NCBI RefSeq assembly: GCF_988243305.1
Contig: NZ_OZ547136.1
Strand: one strand, 5' to 3'
DNA: 64,000 nt
The notes below the pieces were generated by a model, which ran no database searches, had not been told where the DNA came from, and worked only from the letters and a program-made list of their open reading frames with translations. Every line of letters starts with the position of its first letter. Position 1 is the first letter of the stretch. The position numbers and the translations under genes were made by a program. Below are positions 22,095-33,662 of the stretch, one piece after another.

Positions 22095-23051
22095 TTAAAA
22101 CAGCGCCTTAAGTCGTTCCAGCACTTGCATGGCGCTGTAGTAATCCAGTCGGAACGTCTCGGTTCCCAGCGCATAAACCTGCTTGTTTTGTACTGCGGGC
22201 AGGTGCGCGAGCAGTGGATTGGCATAAATAGCATCGGCATCTTTCTGATCACCGGCGAACAGGAATAGTGACTCGCCATTTAACCCTGCAGCCAGATTTT
22301 CTCCACCAAGCTGAATGATGTCATGGCGTTTGCCCTGGCTTTGGCTGGCGTTTAACCCTGCTGGCAACTTCGCCAGCGTAAAGCCGAGTTGTTCCAGCAT
22401 CTGCCCTTGTGCTGATTCCGGCGTCCAGAGATTGGCACTGTGCGCGGCGGCGGTATAGACAATGGCAGTGACCGGCTGCGGCGGTAATTTGATTTGCTCT
22501 TTCGCCGCTGCCAGTTGCTTATCAAACTGTGCAATCCGCTCTGCCGCTTGTTTCTCATGCCCGGTAATTTCGCCAAGTTGCGTTAACAGCGACTGCCAGC
22601 TTTTGTCGTCGTAATTGATGATTAATGTCGGGGCGATGGTGGAAAGCTGATCGTATAGCGCCAGCGCCGAATCGCCGCCGGTCGCGCTAATTAAAATCAG
22701 ATCCGGCATTTGCGCGGCAACGGCTTCGGCACTTGGTTCACCGATATAGAGTCGTTGCAATTTGCGTTCTTTCGCTACCTTGCTCCACTGGCGTAAAAAG
22801 CCCTGGTCATCCGCGACGCGGTTATTTGGCGTGGTCGCGCCGCTGGCAATCACCGGAGCATCAATCGCCAGCAGTGAGCCAGTCAGGGTGATGCTGGTGG
22901 AAACAATACGCTGCGGCTGGCTTTCCAGGGTATGAGTGCCCCGGCTGTCAGTAATCTGACGCGGCCAGTCGGCGGCCTGAACTGCGACTATTCCTGAAAG
23001 CAAAAGTCCTGTTAATAGAAGGGCGTTGCGGTAGAGCGAGGCGAGTCTCAC
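22095..23051 (-). CDS. fepB: Periplasmic ferric enterobactin-binding protein
   Basis: 318 aa with signal peptide; class III periplasmic binding protein. Confidence 0.9.
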   Translation of the reverse strand: MRLASLYRNALLLTGLLLSGIVAVQAADWPRQITDSRGTHTLESQPQRIVSTSITLTGSLLAIDAPVIASGATTPNNRVADDQGFLRQWSKVAKERKLQRLYIGEPSAEAVAAQMPDLILISATGGDSALALYDQLSTIAPTLIINYDDKSWQSLLTQLGEITGHEKQAAERIAQFDKQLAAAKEQIKLPPQPVTAIVYTAAAHSANLWTPESAQGQMLEQLGFTLAKLPAGLNASQSQGKRHDIIQLGGENLAAGLNGESLFLFAGDQKDADAIYANPLLAHLPAVQNKQVYALGTETFRLDYYSAMQVLERLKALF

Positions 23052-23190
23052 AAATCAGCTTCCTGTTATTAATGAAGTTAATGCTTCTCATTTTCATTGT
23101 AACCACAACCAGATGCAACCCCGAGTTGCAGATTGCGTTACCTCAAGAGTTGACATAGTGCGCGTTTGCTTTTAGGTTAGCGACCGAAAA

Positions 23191-23210
23191 TATAAATGAT
23201 AATCATTATT
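23191..23210. promoter_or_regulatory. Fur box in the divergent fepB / entCEBAH promoter
   Basis: tataaatgataatcattatt matches the Fur consensus GATAATGATAATCATTATC at 15 of 19 positions. Confidence 0.65.
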
Positions 23211-23239
23211 AAAGCCTTTATCATTTTGTGGAGGATGAT

Positions 23240-24415
23240 ATGGATACGTCACTGGCTGAGGAAGTACAGCAGACCATGGCAACACTTGCGCCCAATCGCT
23301 TTTTCTTTATGTCGCCGTACCGCAGTTTTACGACGTCAGGATGTTTCGCCCGCTTCGATGAACCGGCTGTGAACGGGGATTCGCCCGACAGTCCCTTCCA
23401 GCAAAAACTCGCCGCGCTGTTTGCCGATGCCAAAGCGAAGGGCATCAAAAATCCGGTGATGGTCGGGGCGATTCCCTTCGATCCACGTCAGCCTTCATCG
23501 CTGTATATTCCTGAATCCTGGCAGTCGTTCTCCCGCCAGGAAAAACAAGCTTCCGCACGCCGTTTCACCCGCAGCCAGTCGCTGAACGTGGTGGAACGTC
23601 AGGCAATTCCGGATCAAACCACGTTTGAACAGATGGTTGCTCGCGCCGCCGCACTTACCGCCACGCCGCAGGTCGACAAAGTGGTGTTGTCACGGTTGAT
23701 TGATATCACCACTGACGCCGCCATTGATAGTGGCGTATTGCTGGAACGGTTGATTGCGCAAAACCCGGTTAGTTACAACTTCCATGTCCCGCTGGCTGAT
23801 GGTGGCGTTCTGCTGGGGGCCAGCCCGGAACTGCTGCTACGTAAAGACGGCGAGCGTTTTAGCTCCATTCCGTTAGCCGGTTCCGCGCGTCGTCAGCCGG
23901 ATGAAGTGCTCGATCGCGAAGCGGGTAATCGTCTGCTGGCGTCAGAAAAAGATCGCCATGAACATGAACTGGTGACTCAGGCGATGAAAGAGGTACTGCG
24001 AGAACGCAGCAGTGAGTTAAACGTTCCTTCCTCTCCACAATTGATTACCACGCCGACGCTGTGGCATCTCGCAACTCCCTTTGAAGGTAAAGCGAATTCG
24101 CAAGAAAACGCACTGACTCTGGCCTGTCTACTGCATCCGACCCCCGCGCTGAGCGGTTTCCCGCATCAGGCCGCGACTCAGGTTATTGCTGAACTGGAGC
24201 CGTTCGACCGCGAACTGTTTGGCGGCATTGTGGGTTGGTGTGACAGCGAAGGTAACGGTGAATGGGTGGTGACCATCCGCTGCGCGAAGCTGCGGGAAAA
24301 TCAGGTGCGTCTGTTTGCCGGAGCGGGGATTGTGCCTGCGTCCTCACCGTTGGGTGAGTGGCGCGAAACAGGCGTCAAACTTTCTACCATGTTGAACGTT
24401 TTTGGATTGCATTAA
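23240..24415 (+). CDS. entC: Isochorismate synthase
   Basis: ORF 23228..24415; start MDTSLAEEV (391 aa); chorismate-binding enzyme family. Confidence 0.9.
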   Translation: MDTSLAEEVQQTMATLAPNRFFFMSPYRSFTTSGCFARFDEPAVNGDSPDSPFQQKLAALFADAKAKGIKNPVMVGAIPFDPRQPSSLYIPESWQSFSRQEKQASARRFTRSQSLNVVERQAIPDQTTFEQMVARAAALTATPQVDKVVLSRLIDITTDAAIDSGVLLERLIAQNPVSYNFHVPLADGGVLLGASPELLLRKDGERFSSIPLAGSARRQPDEVLDREAGNRLLASEKDRHEHELVTQAMKEVLRERSSELNVPSSPQLITTPTLWHLATPFEGKANSQENALTLACLLHPTPALSGFPHQAATQVIAELEPFDRELFGGIVGWCDSEGNGEWVVTIRCAKLRENQVRLFAGAGIVPASSPLGEWRETGVKLSTMLNVFGLH

Positions 24416-24424
24416 GGAGTGAGG

Positions 24425-26035
24425 ATGAGCATTCCATTCACCCGCTGGCCGGAAGAGTTTGCCCGTCGCTATCGGGAAAAAGGCTACTGGCAGGATTTGC
24501 CGCTGACCGACATTCTGACCCGTCATGCCGCAAGCGACAGCATCGCGGTCATCGACGGCGAGCGGCAGTTGAGTTACCGGGAGCTGAATCAGGCGGCGGA
24601 TAACCTCGCGTGTAGTTTGCGCCGTCAGGGCATTAAACCTGGTGAAACTGCGCTGGTACAACTGGGTAACGTCGCTGAACTTTACATTACTTTTTTCGCG
24701 CTGCTGAAACTGGGCGTTGCGCCGGTGCTGGCGCTGTTCAGCCATCAGCGTAGTGAACTGAACGCCTATGCCAGCCAGATTGAACCGGCGTTACTGATTG
24801 CCGATCGCCAGCATGCGCTGTTTAGCGGAGATGATTTCCTCAATACATTTGTTGCAGAGCATTCCTCCATTCGCGTGGTGCAACTGCACAACGACAGCGG
24901 TGAGCATAATTTGCAGGATGCGATTAACCATCCGGCTGAGGATTTTACTGCCACGCCGTCACCTGCTGATGAAGTGGCCTATTTCCAGCTTTCCGGCGGC
25001 ACCACCGGCACACCGAAACTGATCCCGCGCACTCATAACGACTATTACTACAGCGTGCGTCGTAGCGTCGAGATTTGTCAGTTCACACAACAGACACGCT
25101 ACCTGTGCGCGATCCCGGCGGCTCATAACTACGCCATGAGTTCGCCAGGATCGCTGGGCGTATTTCTCGCTGGCGGCACTGTCGTTCTGGCTGCCGACCC
25201 CAGCGCCACGCTCTGCGTCCCATTGATTGAAAAACATCAGGTGAACGTCACCGCGCTGGTGCCACCCGCAGTCAGCCTGTGGTTACAGGCGCTGACCGAA
25301 GGCGAAAGCCGGGCGCAGCTTGCCTCGCTGAAACTGTTACAGGTCGGTGGTGCACGTCTTTCTGCCACGCTTGCGGCGCGTATTCCCGCAGAGATTGGCT
25401 GCCAGTTACAGCAGGTATTCGGCATGGCGGAAGGACTGGTGAACTACACCCGACTTGATGATAGCGCGGAGAAAATAATCCATACCCAGGGCTATCCAAT
25501 GTGTCCGGACGATGAAGTGTGGGTTGCCGATGCCGAAGGAAATCCACTGCCGCAAGGGGAAGTCGGACGCCTGATGACGCGCGGTCCGTACACCTTCCGC
25601 GGCTATTACAAAAGCCCGCAGCACAATGCCAGCGCCTTTGATGCCAACGGTTTTTACTGTTCTGGCGATCTGATCTCTATTGATCCAGAGGGGTACATCA
25701 CCGTGCAGGGGCGCGAGAAAGATCAGATCAACCGTGGCGGCGAGAAGATCGCTGCCGAAGAGATCGAAAACCTGCTGCTGCGCCATCCGGCGGTGATCTA
25801 CGCCGCACTGGTGAGTATGGAAGATGAGCTGATGGGCGAAAAAAGCTGTGCTTATCTGGTGGTAAAAGAGCCTCTACGCGCGGTGCAGGTGCGTCGTTTC
25901 CTGCGTGAACAGGGTATTGCCGAATTTAAATTACCGGATCGCGTGGAGTGTGTGGATTCACTTCCGCTGACGGCGGTCGGGAAAGTCGATAAAAAACAAT
26001 TACGTCAGTGGCTGGCGTCACGCGCATCAGCCTGA
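24425..26035 (+). CDS. entE: 2,3-dihydroxybenzoate-AMP ligase
   Basis: ORF 24419..26035; start MSIPFTRW (536 aa); adenylation motif SGGTTGTPK. Confidence 0.9.
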   Translation: MSIPFTRWPEEFARRYREKGYWQDLPLTDILTRHAASDSIAVIDGERQLSYRELNQAADNLACSLRRQGIKPGETALVQLGNVAELYITFFALLKLGVAPVLALFSHQRSELNAYASQIEPALLIADRQHALFSGDDFLNTFVAEHSSIRVVQLHNDSGEHNLQDAINHPAEDFTATPSPADEVAYFQLSGGTTGTPKLIPRTHNDYYYSVRRSVEICQFTQQTRYLCAIPAAHNYAMSSPGSLGVFLAGGTVVLAADPSATLCVPLIEKHQVNVTALVPPAVSLWLQALTEGESRAQLASLKLLQVGGARLSATLAARIPAEIGCQLQQVFGMAEGLVNYTRLDDSAEKIIHTQGYPMCPDDEVWVADAEGNPLPQGEVGRLMTRGPYTFRGYYKSPQHNASAFDANGFYCSGDLISIDPEGYITVQGREKDQINRGGEKIAAEEIENLLLRHPAVIYAALVSMEDELMGEKSCAYLVVKEPLRAVQVRRFLREQGIAEFKLPDRVECVDSLPLTAVGKVDKKQLRQWLASRASA

Positions 26036-26048
26036 AGGAGAGAACACG

Positions 26049-26906
26049 ATGGCTATTCCAAAATTACAGGCTTACGCACTGCCGGAGTCTCACGATATTC
26101 CGCAGAATAAAGTTGACTGGGCCTTTGAACCGCAACGTGCCGCGTTGTTAATCCATGATATGCAGGACTATTTTGTCAGCTTCTGGGGCGAGAACTGCCC
26201 AATGATGGAGCAGGTGATCGCGAATATTGCGGCACTACGCGACTACTGCAAACAGCACAATATCCCGGTTTATTACACCGCCCAGCCGAAAGAGCAGAGC
26301 GATGAAGATCGGGCGCTGTTGAATGATATGTGGGGGCCTGGCCTGACCCGTTCGCCGGAACAGCAAAAGGTGGTGGATCGCCTGACGCCAGATGCCGACG
26401 ACACGGTGCTGGTGAAGTGGCGCTACAGCGCGTTTCATCGTTCTCCGCTGGAGCAAATGCTCAAAGAGAGTGGACGTAACCAGCTGATTATTACCGGGGT
26501 ATATGCCCACATTGGCTGTATGACCACCGCAACCGACGCATTTATGCGCGATATTAAACCGTTTATGGTGGCGGATGCGCTGGCCGATTTCAGCCGTGAC
26601 GAGCATTTGATGTCGCTGAAATATGTGGCCGGACGTTCTGGCCGGGTGGTGATGACCGAAGAATTACTGCCAGCACCTATCCCCGCCAGCAAAGCGGCGC
26701 TGCGTGAGGTGATCCTGCCGTTGCTGGACGAGTCCGATGAACCGTTCGATGACGACAACCTGATCGACTACGGTCTGGATTCGGTGCGCATGATGGCGCT
26801 GGCGGCGCGCTGGCGCAAAGTGCATGGCGATATCGACTTTGTCATGCTGGCGAAAAACCCGACCATCGACGCCTGGTGGAAGCTACTTTCCCGCGAGGTG
26901 AAATAA
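26049..26906 (+). CDS. entB: Isochorismatase / aryl carrier protein
   Basis: 285 aa; isochorismatase N-domain; carrier-protein Ser motif GLDSVRMMAL. Confidence 0.9.
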   Translation: MAIPKLQAYALPESHDIPQNKVDWAFEPQRAALLIHDMQDYFVSFWGENCPMMEQVIANIAALRDYCKQHNIPVYYTAQPKEQSDEDRALLNDMWGPGLTRSPEQQKVVDRLTPDADDTVLVKWRYSAFHRSPLEQMLKESGRNQLIITGVYAHIGCMTTATDAFMRDIKPFMVADALADFSRDEHLMSLKYVAGRSGRVVMTEELLPAPIPASKAALREVILPLLDESDEPFDDDNLIDYGLDSVRMMALAARWRKVHGDIDFVMLAKNPTIDAWWKLLSREVK

Positions 26907-27652
26907 TGGATTTCAGCGGTAAAAATGTCTGGGTAACTGGCGCAGGGAAAGGTATCGGCTACGCCACGGCGCTGGCGTTTGTTGAGGCGGGAGCGAAAGT
27001 CACTGGTTTTGATCAAGCGTTCGCTCAGGAGCAATATCCCTTTGCGACCGAAGTGATGGATGTTGCCGATGCTGCGCAGGTGGCGCAGGTATGTCAGCGA
27101 CTGTTAGCTGAAACGGAGCGACTGGACGTGCTGGTCAATGCGGCGGGAATTTTGCGCATGGGCGCGACCGATCAGCTCAGTAAGGAGGACTGGCAGCAGA
27201 CTTTTGCGGTCAATGTCGGTGGTGCGTTTAACCTGTTCCAGCAGACCATGAACCAGTTTCGCCGTCAGCGGGGCGGGGCGATTGTTACTGTTGCGTCCGA
27301 CGCCGCACACACGCCGCGCATTGGTATGAGTGCTTATGGCGCGTCGAAAGCGGCGCTGAAAAGCCTGGCGTTGAGCGTTGGGCTGGAACTGGCGGGTAGC
27401 GGCGTGCGCTGTAATGTGGTTTCGCCGGGTTCCACCGACACCGATATGCAACGCACGCTGTGGGTGAGCGATGACGCCGAAGAGCAGCGTATTCGCGGCT
27501 TTGGCGAGCAGTTTAAACTCGGCATTCCGCTGGGGAAAATCGCCCGTCCACAGGAGATCGCCAATACGATTTTGTTCCTCGCCTCTGATCTCGCCAGCCA
27601 TATCACCCTACAGGATATTGTGGTCGATGGCGGCTCAACGCTGGGGGCATAA
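26906..27652 (+). CDS. entA: 2,3-dihydro-2,3-dihydroxybenzoate dehydrogenase (SDR)
   Basis: ORF 26876..27652; start MDFSGKNV (248 aa); Rossmann motif TGAGKGIG; catalytic YGASK; start overlaps entB stop by 1 nt. Confidence 0.9.
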   Translation: MDFSGKNVWVTGAGKGIGYATALAFVEAGAKVTGFDQAFAQEQYPFATEVMDVADAAQVAQVCQRLLAETERLDVLVNAAGILRMGATDQLSKEDWQQTFAVNVGGAFNLFQQTMNQFRRQRGGAIVTVASDAAHTPRIGMSAYGASKAALKSLALSVGLELAGSGVRCNVVSPGSTDTDMQRTLWVSDDAEEQRIRGFGEQFKLGIPLGKIARPQEIANTILFLASDLASHITLQDIVVDGGSTLGA

Positions 27653-27654
27653 GC

Positions 27655-28068
27655 ATGATCTGGAAACGCCATTTAACGCTCGACGAGCTGAACGCCACCA
27701 GCGATAACACAATGGTGGCGCATCTGGGAATCGTTTACACCCGTCTGGACGATGATGTGCTGGAAGCCGAAATGCCGGTTGATACCCGTACTCATCAGCC
27801 GTTTGGCCTGCTGCATGGCGGCGCGTCGGCGGCGCTGGCGGAAACGCTGGGATCGATGGCCGGATTTATGATGACCTGCGACGGACAGTGTGTGGTGGGC
27901 ACGGAACTTAACGCCACCCATCATCGCCCGGTGTCTGAAGGCAAGGTACGTGGCGTCTGCCAGCCGCTGCATCTTGGGCGGCAAAATCAGAGTTGGGAAA
28001 TTGTTGTTTTCGATGAACAGGGGCGGCGTTGCTGCACCTGTCGGCTGGGTACGGCAGTTTTGGGATGA
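27655..28068 (+). CDS. entH: Hotdog-fold proofreading thioesterase
   Basis: 137 aa, [13 protein letters not shown]... Confidence 0.9.
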   Translation: MIWKRHLTLDELNATSDNTMVAHLGIVYTRLDDDVLEAEMPVDTRTHQPFGLLHGGASAALAETLGSMAGFMMTCDGQCVVGTELNATHHRPVSEGKVRGVCQPLHLGRQNQSWEIVVFDEQGRRCCTCRLGTAVLG

Positions 28069-28248
28069 GCCCGACAGAATTAAATGAGATTGCAGGAAAA
28101 CTCGGTTAACGGAGTGATCGAGTTAACATTGTTAAGTTAAATATTGGTTTCAACTCCGATTTACATGGTTGCTGTGTTGTTAAATTGCACAAAGATGTTA
28201 TAGAAACAAAATGTAACATCTCTATGGACACGCACACGGATAACAACT

Positions 28249-30354
28249 ATGAACAAATCAGGGAAATACCTCGTCTGGACAGTGCTCTCTGTAATGGGAG
28301 CATTTGCTCTGGGATATATTGCTTTAAATCGTGGGGAACAGATCAATGCGCTGTGGATTGTGGTGGCGTCGGTCTGTATCTATCTGATCGCTTACCGTTT
28401 TTATGGTCTGTATATCGCCAAAAATGTGCTGGCGGTTGACCCGACGCGTATGACGCCCGCGGTGCGCCATAACGACGGGCTGGACTATGTGCCGACGGAC
28501 AAGAAAGTGCTGTTCGGTCACCATTTTGCGGCCATCGCCGGAGCAGGTCCATTGGTGGGGCCGGTGCTGGCAGCGCAAATGGGCTACCTGCCGGGGATGA
28601 TCTGGCTGCTCGCTGGGGTGGTTCTCGCCGGTGCGGTGCAAGATTTCATGGTGCTGTTTGTTTCTACGCGCCGCGATGGTCGCTCGCTGGGTGAGTTGGT
28701 CAAAGAAGAGATGGGGCCAACCGCCGGGGTGATTGCGCTGGTGGCCTGCTTTATGATCATGGTCATTATCCTTGCCGTGCTGGCGATGATCGTGGTGAAA
28801 GCCCTGACTCATAGCCCGTGGGGAACGTATACCGTTGCGTTCACCATTCCGCTGGCGCTGTTCATGGGGATCTACCTGCGCTATTTGCGTCCGGGGCGTA
28901 TTGGCGAAGTGTCGGTGATTGGTCTGGTGTTCCTGATTTTCGCCATTATCTCTGGCGGCTGGGTGGCAGAAAGTCCGACCTGGGCACCGTACTTTGACTT
29001 TACCGGCGTGCAGCTGACCTGGATGCTGGTGGGTTACGGTTTTGTGGCGGCGGTGCTGCCGGTGTGGTTGCTGCTGGCTCCGCGTGACTACCTCTCTACC
29101 TTCCTGAAAATCGGGACTATCGTCGGTCTGGCGGTGGGCATTTTGATTATGCGCCCGACGCTGACCATGCCTGCGCTAACTAAATTTGTCGATGGCACTG
29201 GCCCGGTATGGACCGGTAACCTGTTCCCGTTCCTGTTTATCACCATCGCCTGTGGCGCGGTGTCTGGCTTCCATGCGCTGATCTCTTCCGGCACCACGCC
29301 GAAGATGCTGGCGAACGAAGGGCAGGCGTGCTTTATCGGCTACGGTGGGATGTTGATGGAATCCTTCGTGGCGATTATGGCGCTGGTTTCCGCCTGTATC
29401 ATCGATCCAGGTGTGTACTTCGCCATGAACAGCCCGATGGCGGTGCTGGCTCCTGCAGGGACGGCGGATGTAGTCGCTTCTGCCGCGCAGGTGGTGAGTA
29501 GCTGGGGCTTTAGCATTACACCAGATACGCTCAACCAGATTGCCAGCGAAGTGGGTGAACAGTCGATCATTTCCCGTGCGGGCGGTGCGCCGACGCTGGC
29601 GGTGGGGATGGCCTACATTCTGCACGGCGCGCTGGGCGGCATGATGGATGTGGCGTTCTGGTATCACTTCGCCATTTTGTTTGAAGCACTGTTTATTCTG
29701 ACGGCGGTGGATGCAGGTACGCGTGCTGCGCGCTTTATGTTGCAGGATCTGCTGGGCGTGGTGTCTCCGGGCCTGAAACGGACCGATTCACTGCCTGCTA
29801 ACCTGCTGGCAACGGCGCTGTGCGTACTGGCGTGGGGCTATTTCCTCCATCAGGGTGTGGTCGATCCGCTGGGCGGTATTAACACCTTGTGGCCGCTGTT
29901 TGGTATTGCCAACCAGATGCTGGCAGGGATGGCGCTGATGCTCTGTGCTGTGGTGCTGTTCAAAATGAAACGTCAACGTTACGCCTGGGTGGCGCTGGTA
30001 CCAACGGCCTGGCTGCTGATTTGTACCCTGACCGCAGGCTGGCAGAAAGCGTTTAGCCCGGATGCGAAAGTCGGCTTCCTGGCCATTGCTAATAAGTTCC
30101 AGGCAATGATCGACAGCGGCAATATTCCGTCGCAGTATACTGAGTCACAGCTGGCGCAACTGGTGTTCAACAACCGTCTGGATGCCGGGTTAACCATCTT
30201 CTTTATGGTGGTCGTGGTGGTTCTGGCGCTGTTCTCGATTAAGACGGCACTGGCGGCATTGAAAGAGCCGAAGCCAACGGCGAAAGAAACGCCGTATGAG
30301 CCAATGCCGGAAAATGTCGAGGAGATCGTGGCGCAGGCGAAAGGCGCGCACTAA
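28249..30354 (+). CDS. cstA: Carbon starvation protein A (peptide/pyruvate transporter family)
   Basis: 701-aa polytopic membrane protein. Confidence 0.9.
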   Translation: MNKSGKYLVWTVLSVMGAFALGYIALNRGEQINALWIVVASVCIYLIAYRFYGLYIAKNVLAVDPTRMTPAVRHNDGLDYVPTDKKVLFGHHFAAIAGAGPLVGPVLAAQMGYLPGMIWLLAGVVLAGAVQDFMVLFVSTRRDGRSLGELVKEEMGPTAGVIALVACFMIMVIILAVLAMIVVKALTHSPWGTYTVAFTIPLALFMGIYLRYLRPGRIGEVSVIGLVFLIFAIISGGWVAESPTWAPYFDFTGVQLTWMLVGYGFVAAVLPVWLLLAPRDYLSTFLKIGTIVGLAVGILIMRPTLTMPALTKFVDGTGPVWTGNLFPFLFITIACGAVSGFHALISSGTTPKMLANEGQACFIGYGGMLMESFVAIMALVSACIIDPGVYFAMNSPMAVLAPAGTADVVASAAQVVSSWGFSITPDTLNQIASEVGEQSIISRAGGAPTLAVGMAYILHGALGGMMDVAFWYHFAILFEALFILTAVDAGTRAARFMLQDLLGVVSPGLKRTDSLPANLLATALCVLAWGYFLHQGVVDPLGGINTLWPLFGIANQMLAGMALMLCAVVLFKMKRQRYAWVALVPTAWLLICTLTAGWQKAFSPDAKVGFLAIANKFQAMIDSGNIPSQYTESQLAQLVFNNRLDAGLTIFFMVVVVVLALFSIKTALAALKEPKPTAKETPYEPMPENVEEIVAQAKGAH

Positions 30355-30466
30355 AGTCAGAGTGAGGGGGGATGTGCTGAGCGTTCCCCTTACTCTCAGC
30401 CCGAGCGTGTTGATAGCAATTAAGCCCTCTTAATTCAGGAGGGCATTTGTATTACCGGAGGTTTAG

Positions 30467-30664
30467 ATGTTTGATTCACTGGCAAAAGCCGGAAAATATT
30501 TAGGTCAGGCGGCGAAACTGATGATTGGTATGCCTGATTACGACAACTATGTCGAACATATGCGGGTTAACCATCCCGATCAAACGCCGATGACCTACGA
30601 GGAGTTTTTCCGTGAGCGGCAGGACGCGCGCTACGGTGGAAAAGGCGGCGCGCGCTGCTGCTAA
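30467..30664 (+). CDS. ybdD: Small protein YbdD (DUF466), partner of cstA
   Basis: 65 aa, [32 protein letters not shown]... Confidence 0.85.
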   Translation: MFDSLAKAGKYLGQAAKLMIGMPDYDNYVEHMRVNHPDQTPMTYEEFFRERQDARYGGKGGARCC

Positions 30665-30673
30665 ATATGTACG

Positions 30674-31762
30674 TCAGGCTTTAAACGATTCCACTTTTTC
30701 GAACGCTGCACGCAACGTATCCGGTGTCAGCGTGACCGGCAGGTAATGAATGGATTCCACCGGACGCAAGGTGTGGGCAATCACTTTGTCGATCTCCGCC
30801 TGATTATTGATATCCACTTCCAGCTCCGCCAGCGTAGTCGGCAGATGAAAACGCTGATACGCTCCAGTTAATTGCGCCAGCACATCATCCTGACCCAGCA
30901 AGGCGCTTTGCACCAGAATTCCGTAGGCGACTTTGGTGCCGTGAAGAAACTTCTCGGTTTGCGGCAGCACGGTTAGACCGTTATGCACGGCATGGGCCGC
31001 CGCCACACGCGTAAAACGATCGCCCAGACCACCGACCATTCCACCTCCGGCGATAATCGCATCCACCACATCGCAAAATGATTGCGTTAACTGGTGATTT
31101 TGCTGATCGCTCAGCGCCTGTTCGCTACTGTTTAACAAGACGTCGCGAATAGCCTGCGCATTATTGATCCCTAGCCGCACGGTTAGCGGCAACGTTTCTG
31201 GTTGCGGAGCCAGCACCACCGCTTCATACCATTTCGCCAGCGTGTCACCGATCCCCGCCAGCAGATATTCTTGCGGCGCATTGAGGATAATCTCCGGTTC
31301 CACCAGCACCATAAAATTGGCGTCGTCGAAAATCTCATAATGCAGCGCCTGTCCGGCATCGTTATACCAGACGGAGAGCGGTGTCCAGGCGGCGCAGGTG
31401 GCGGCGATCGTCGGAACGGCAACAAACGGCAGACCGAGACGGCGGGCGAGGGCTTTCGCGGTGTCGAGCAGTGCGCCGCCGCCGACGCCAATCACCACGC
31501 TGCGATCGTCACCGGACTCAGCCGCCAGTTGTTGTACATCGCTTTCGCTGCAATGGCCGCGAAACAAAATATGCTTTGCCCCTGGCAGTTCAAACGCTGG
31601 CGGAAGTTTTGTTTGCGCCGCAGCAATGGCGCGTTCGCCGTAGATCCACACCGCGCGAGAAAGTTGTTCATCAGTGAAAAAATCGTGCAGGTGATTGAAA
31701 CTTCCTGGATGTGAAAAGTAGTTAGCCGGGCCGACGACCACGCGGATAGGATTGTGAGGCAT
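30674..31762 (-). CDS. ybdH: Iron-containing alcohol dehydrogenase family oxidoreductase (hydroxycarboxylate dehydrogenase)
   Basis: 362 aa; glycerol dehydrogenase-like motif GVGGGALLDTAKA. Confidence 0.85.
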   Translation of the reverse strand: MPHNPIRVVVGPANYFSHPGSFNHLHDFFTDEQLSRAVWIYGERAIAAAQTKLPPAFELPGAKHILFRGHCSESDVQQLAAESGDDRSVVIGVGGGALLDTAKALARRLGLPFVAVPTIAATCAAWTPLSVWYNDAGQALHYEIFDDANFMVLVEPEIILNAPQEYLLAGIGDTLAKWYEAVVLAPQPETLPLTVRLGINNAQAIRDVLLNSSEQALSDQQNHQLTQSFCDVVDAIIAGGGMVGGLGDRFTRVAAAHAVHNGLTVLPQTEKFLHGTKVAYGILVQSALLGQDDVLAQLTGAYQRFHLPTTLAELEVDINNQAEIDKVIAHTLRPVESIHYLPVTLTPDTLRAAFEKVESFKA

Positions 31763-31871
31763 GTTGTGTTGTCCCTATTGTTTTATTTAGACATCTAAAC
31801 GTCTTGATTGCCAAATACTAGCATCGTGTTATAGTGCCTTCAACACGCAACTTCGTCAGGCACAATAAAAA

Positions 31872-33032
31872 ATGACAAATAACCCTCTGATTCCACAAAG
31901 CAAACTTCCACAACTTGGCACCACTATTTTCACCCAGATGAGCGCGCTGGCGCAGCAACACCAGGCGATTAACCTGTCGCAAGGCTTTCCTGATTTTGAT
32001 GGTCCGCGCTATTTGCAGGAGCGGCTGGCGTACCATGTTGACCAGGGGGCAAACCAATACGCGCCTATGACTGGCGTGCAGGCCTTGCGCGAGGCGATTG
32101 CTCAGAAAACGGAACGTCTGTATGGCTATCAACCGGATGCCGATAGCGATATCACCGTAACGGCAGGGGCGACGGAAGCGTTATATGCAGCGATTACCGC
32201 ATTGGTGCGCAATGGTGATGAAGTGATCTGCTTTGATCCCAGCTATGACAGTTACGCGCCCGCCATCGCGCTTTCGGGGGGAATAGTGAAACGTATTGCA
32301 CTGCAACCACCGCATTTTCGCGTGGACTGGCAGGAATTTGCCGCATTGTTAAGCGAGCGCACCCGACTGGTGATCCTCAACACCCCGCATAACCCCAGTG
32401 CAACTGTCTGGCAGCAGGCTGATTTCGCCGCTTTGTGGCAGGCAATTGCCGGGCACGAGATTTTTGTCATTAGCGATGAAGTTTACGAGCACATCAACTT
32501 TTCACAACAGGGCCATGCCAGCGTGCTGGCGCATCCGCAGCTGCGTGAGCGGGCGGTGGCAGTTTCTTCATTTGGCAAGACCTATCATATGACCGGCTGG
32601 AAAGTGGGTTATTGCGTTGCGCCAGCGCCCATCAGCGCTGAAATTCGCAAGGTACACCAGTATCTGACCTTTTCGGTGAATACCCCGGCACAGCTGGCAC
32701 TTGCGGATATGCTACGTGCAGAACCTGAGCATTATCTTGCGTTACCGGACTTTTATCGCCAAAAACGCGATATTCTGGTGAATGCCTTAAGTGAGAGTCG
32801 GCTGGAGATTTTACCGTGCGAAGGCACTTACTTTTTGCTGGTGGATTACAGCGCGGTTTCTTCGCTGGATGACGTTGAGTTTTGCCAGTGGCTGACGCGG
32901 GAGCACGGTGTAGCGGCGATCCCGCTGTCGGTATTTTGCGCCGATCCCTTCCCCCATAAACTGATTCGTCTCTGTTTTGCCAAGAAGGAATCGACGTTGC
33001 TGGCAGCAGCTGAACGCCTGCGCCAGCTGTAG
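31872..33032 (+). CDS. ybdL: PLP-dependent aminotransferase (methionine aminotransferase)
   Basis: 386 aa; class I aminotransferase; PLP-lysine region SFGKTYHMTGWKVGY. Confidence 0.85.
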   Translation: MTNNPLIPQSKLPQLGTTIFTQMSALAQQHQAINLSQGFPDFDGPRYLQERLAYHVDQGANQYAPMTGVQALREAIAQKTERLYGYQPDADSDITVTAGATEALYAAITALVRNGDEVICFDPSYDSYAPAIALSGGIVKRIALQPPHFRVDWQEFAALLSERTRLVILNTPHNPSATVWQQADFAALWQAIAGHEIFVISDEVYEHINFSQQGHASVLAHPQLRERAVAVSSFGKTYHMTGWKVGYCVAPAPISAEIRKVHQYLTFSVNTPAQLALADMLRAEPEHYLALPDFYRQKRDILVNALSESRLEILPCEGTYFLLVDYSAVSSLDDVEFCQWLTREHGVAAIPLSVFCADPFPHKLIRLCFAKKESTLLAAAERLRQL

Positions 33033-33662
33033 TTATTTGACAGTCCAGGCACGGGAATATTGACGGTCGGCAAACAACTCTTGCAGGCCATTAATTTGTT
33101 TCAGGCGCAGCACCTCGTCGCTGTCCATTCCCAGCTCTTTGCCAATTTTATTATCGTCCCATCCCAACTGGCTGAGTTCACGGACGATTTCTGACATGGC
33201 AGTGATTTGGTGACGTCCACGGGCGCGATTATGACGAATAGTCGCGGCGATGCGTTGATTACGCGTACCTTCCAGACAGGTCACCGGCAAATAACCTTTT
33301 AAGCGTAATTTTAACGATGATGAGCCTTTACCAATTTCATGGCGGTGAAAACCATCCACGATTTCCAGGGCATTTTTATCCGTATGCGTGACCACAATGG
33401 GTTGGGTAAAACCATCTATTTCAATGGATTTTTTCAGCAGTTTTTTTTCGGGTGGTGCCACGTTGTTTGGGTTGTAATCATTAGGCATAAGTTGGCTGTT
33501 TTTAACCCACAGAACGCAATCCACTGGCTCTTCTCGAAAGGGGCTAACCTGATGGATCGCCATGCGGATTTCATTAATCGCTTTGATGCGATCGTCTTCC
33601 GGCAAGCTGGCGAGAAATTGGGTTAAATCCTGCGTTAATCGTTGTTGCATAGTATCCCCCAT
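33033..33662 (-). CDS. ybdM: ParB/sulfiredoxin-like domain protein
   Basis: 209 aa; DGxHR-type motif in IVDGFHRHEIGK; 28-bp overlap with ybdN. Confidence 0.8.
   Translation of the reverse strand: MGDTMQQRLTQDLTQFLASLPEDDRIKAINEIRMAIHQVSPFREEPVDCVLWVKNSQLMPNDYNPNNVAPPEKKLLKKSIEIDGFTQPIVVTHTDKNALEIVDGFHRHEIGKGSSSLKLRLKGYLPVTCLEGTRNQRIAATIRHNRARGRHQITAMSEIVRELSQLGWDDNKIGKELGMDSDEVLRLKQINGLQELFADRQYSRAWTVK

Noticed and set aside
28069-28248. CRP site in the cstA promoter
   Set aside because: cstA is known to be cAMP-CRP dependent, but I could not identify a convincing TGTGA-N6-TCACA match by eye, so no site was called.
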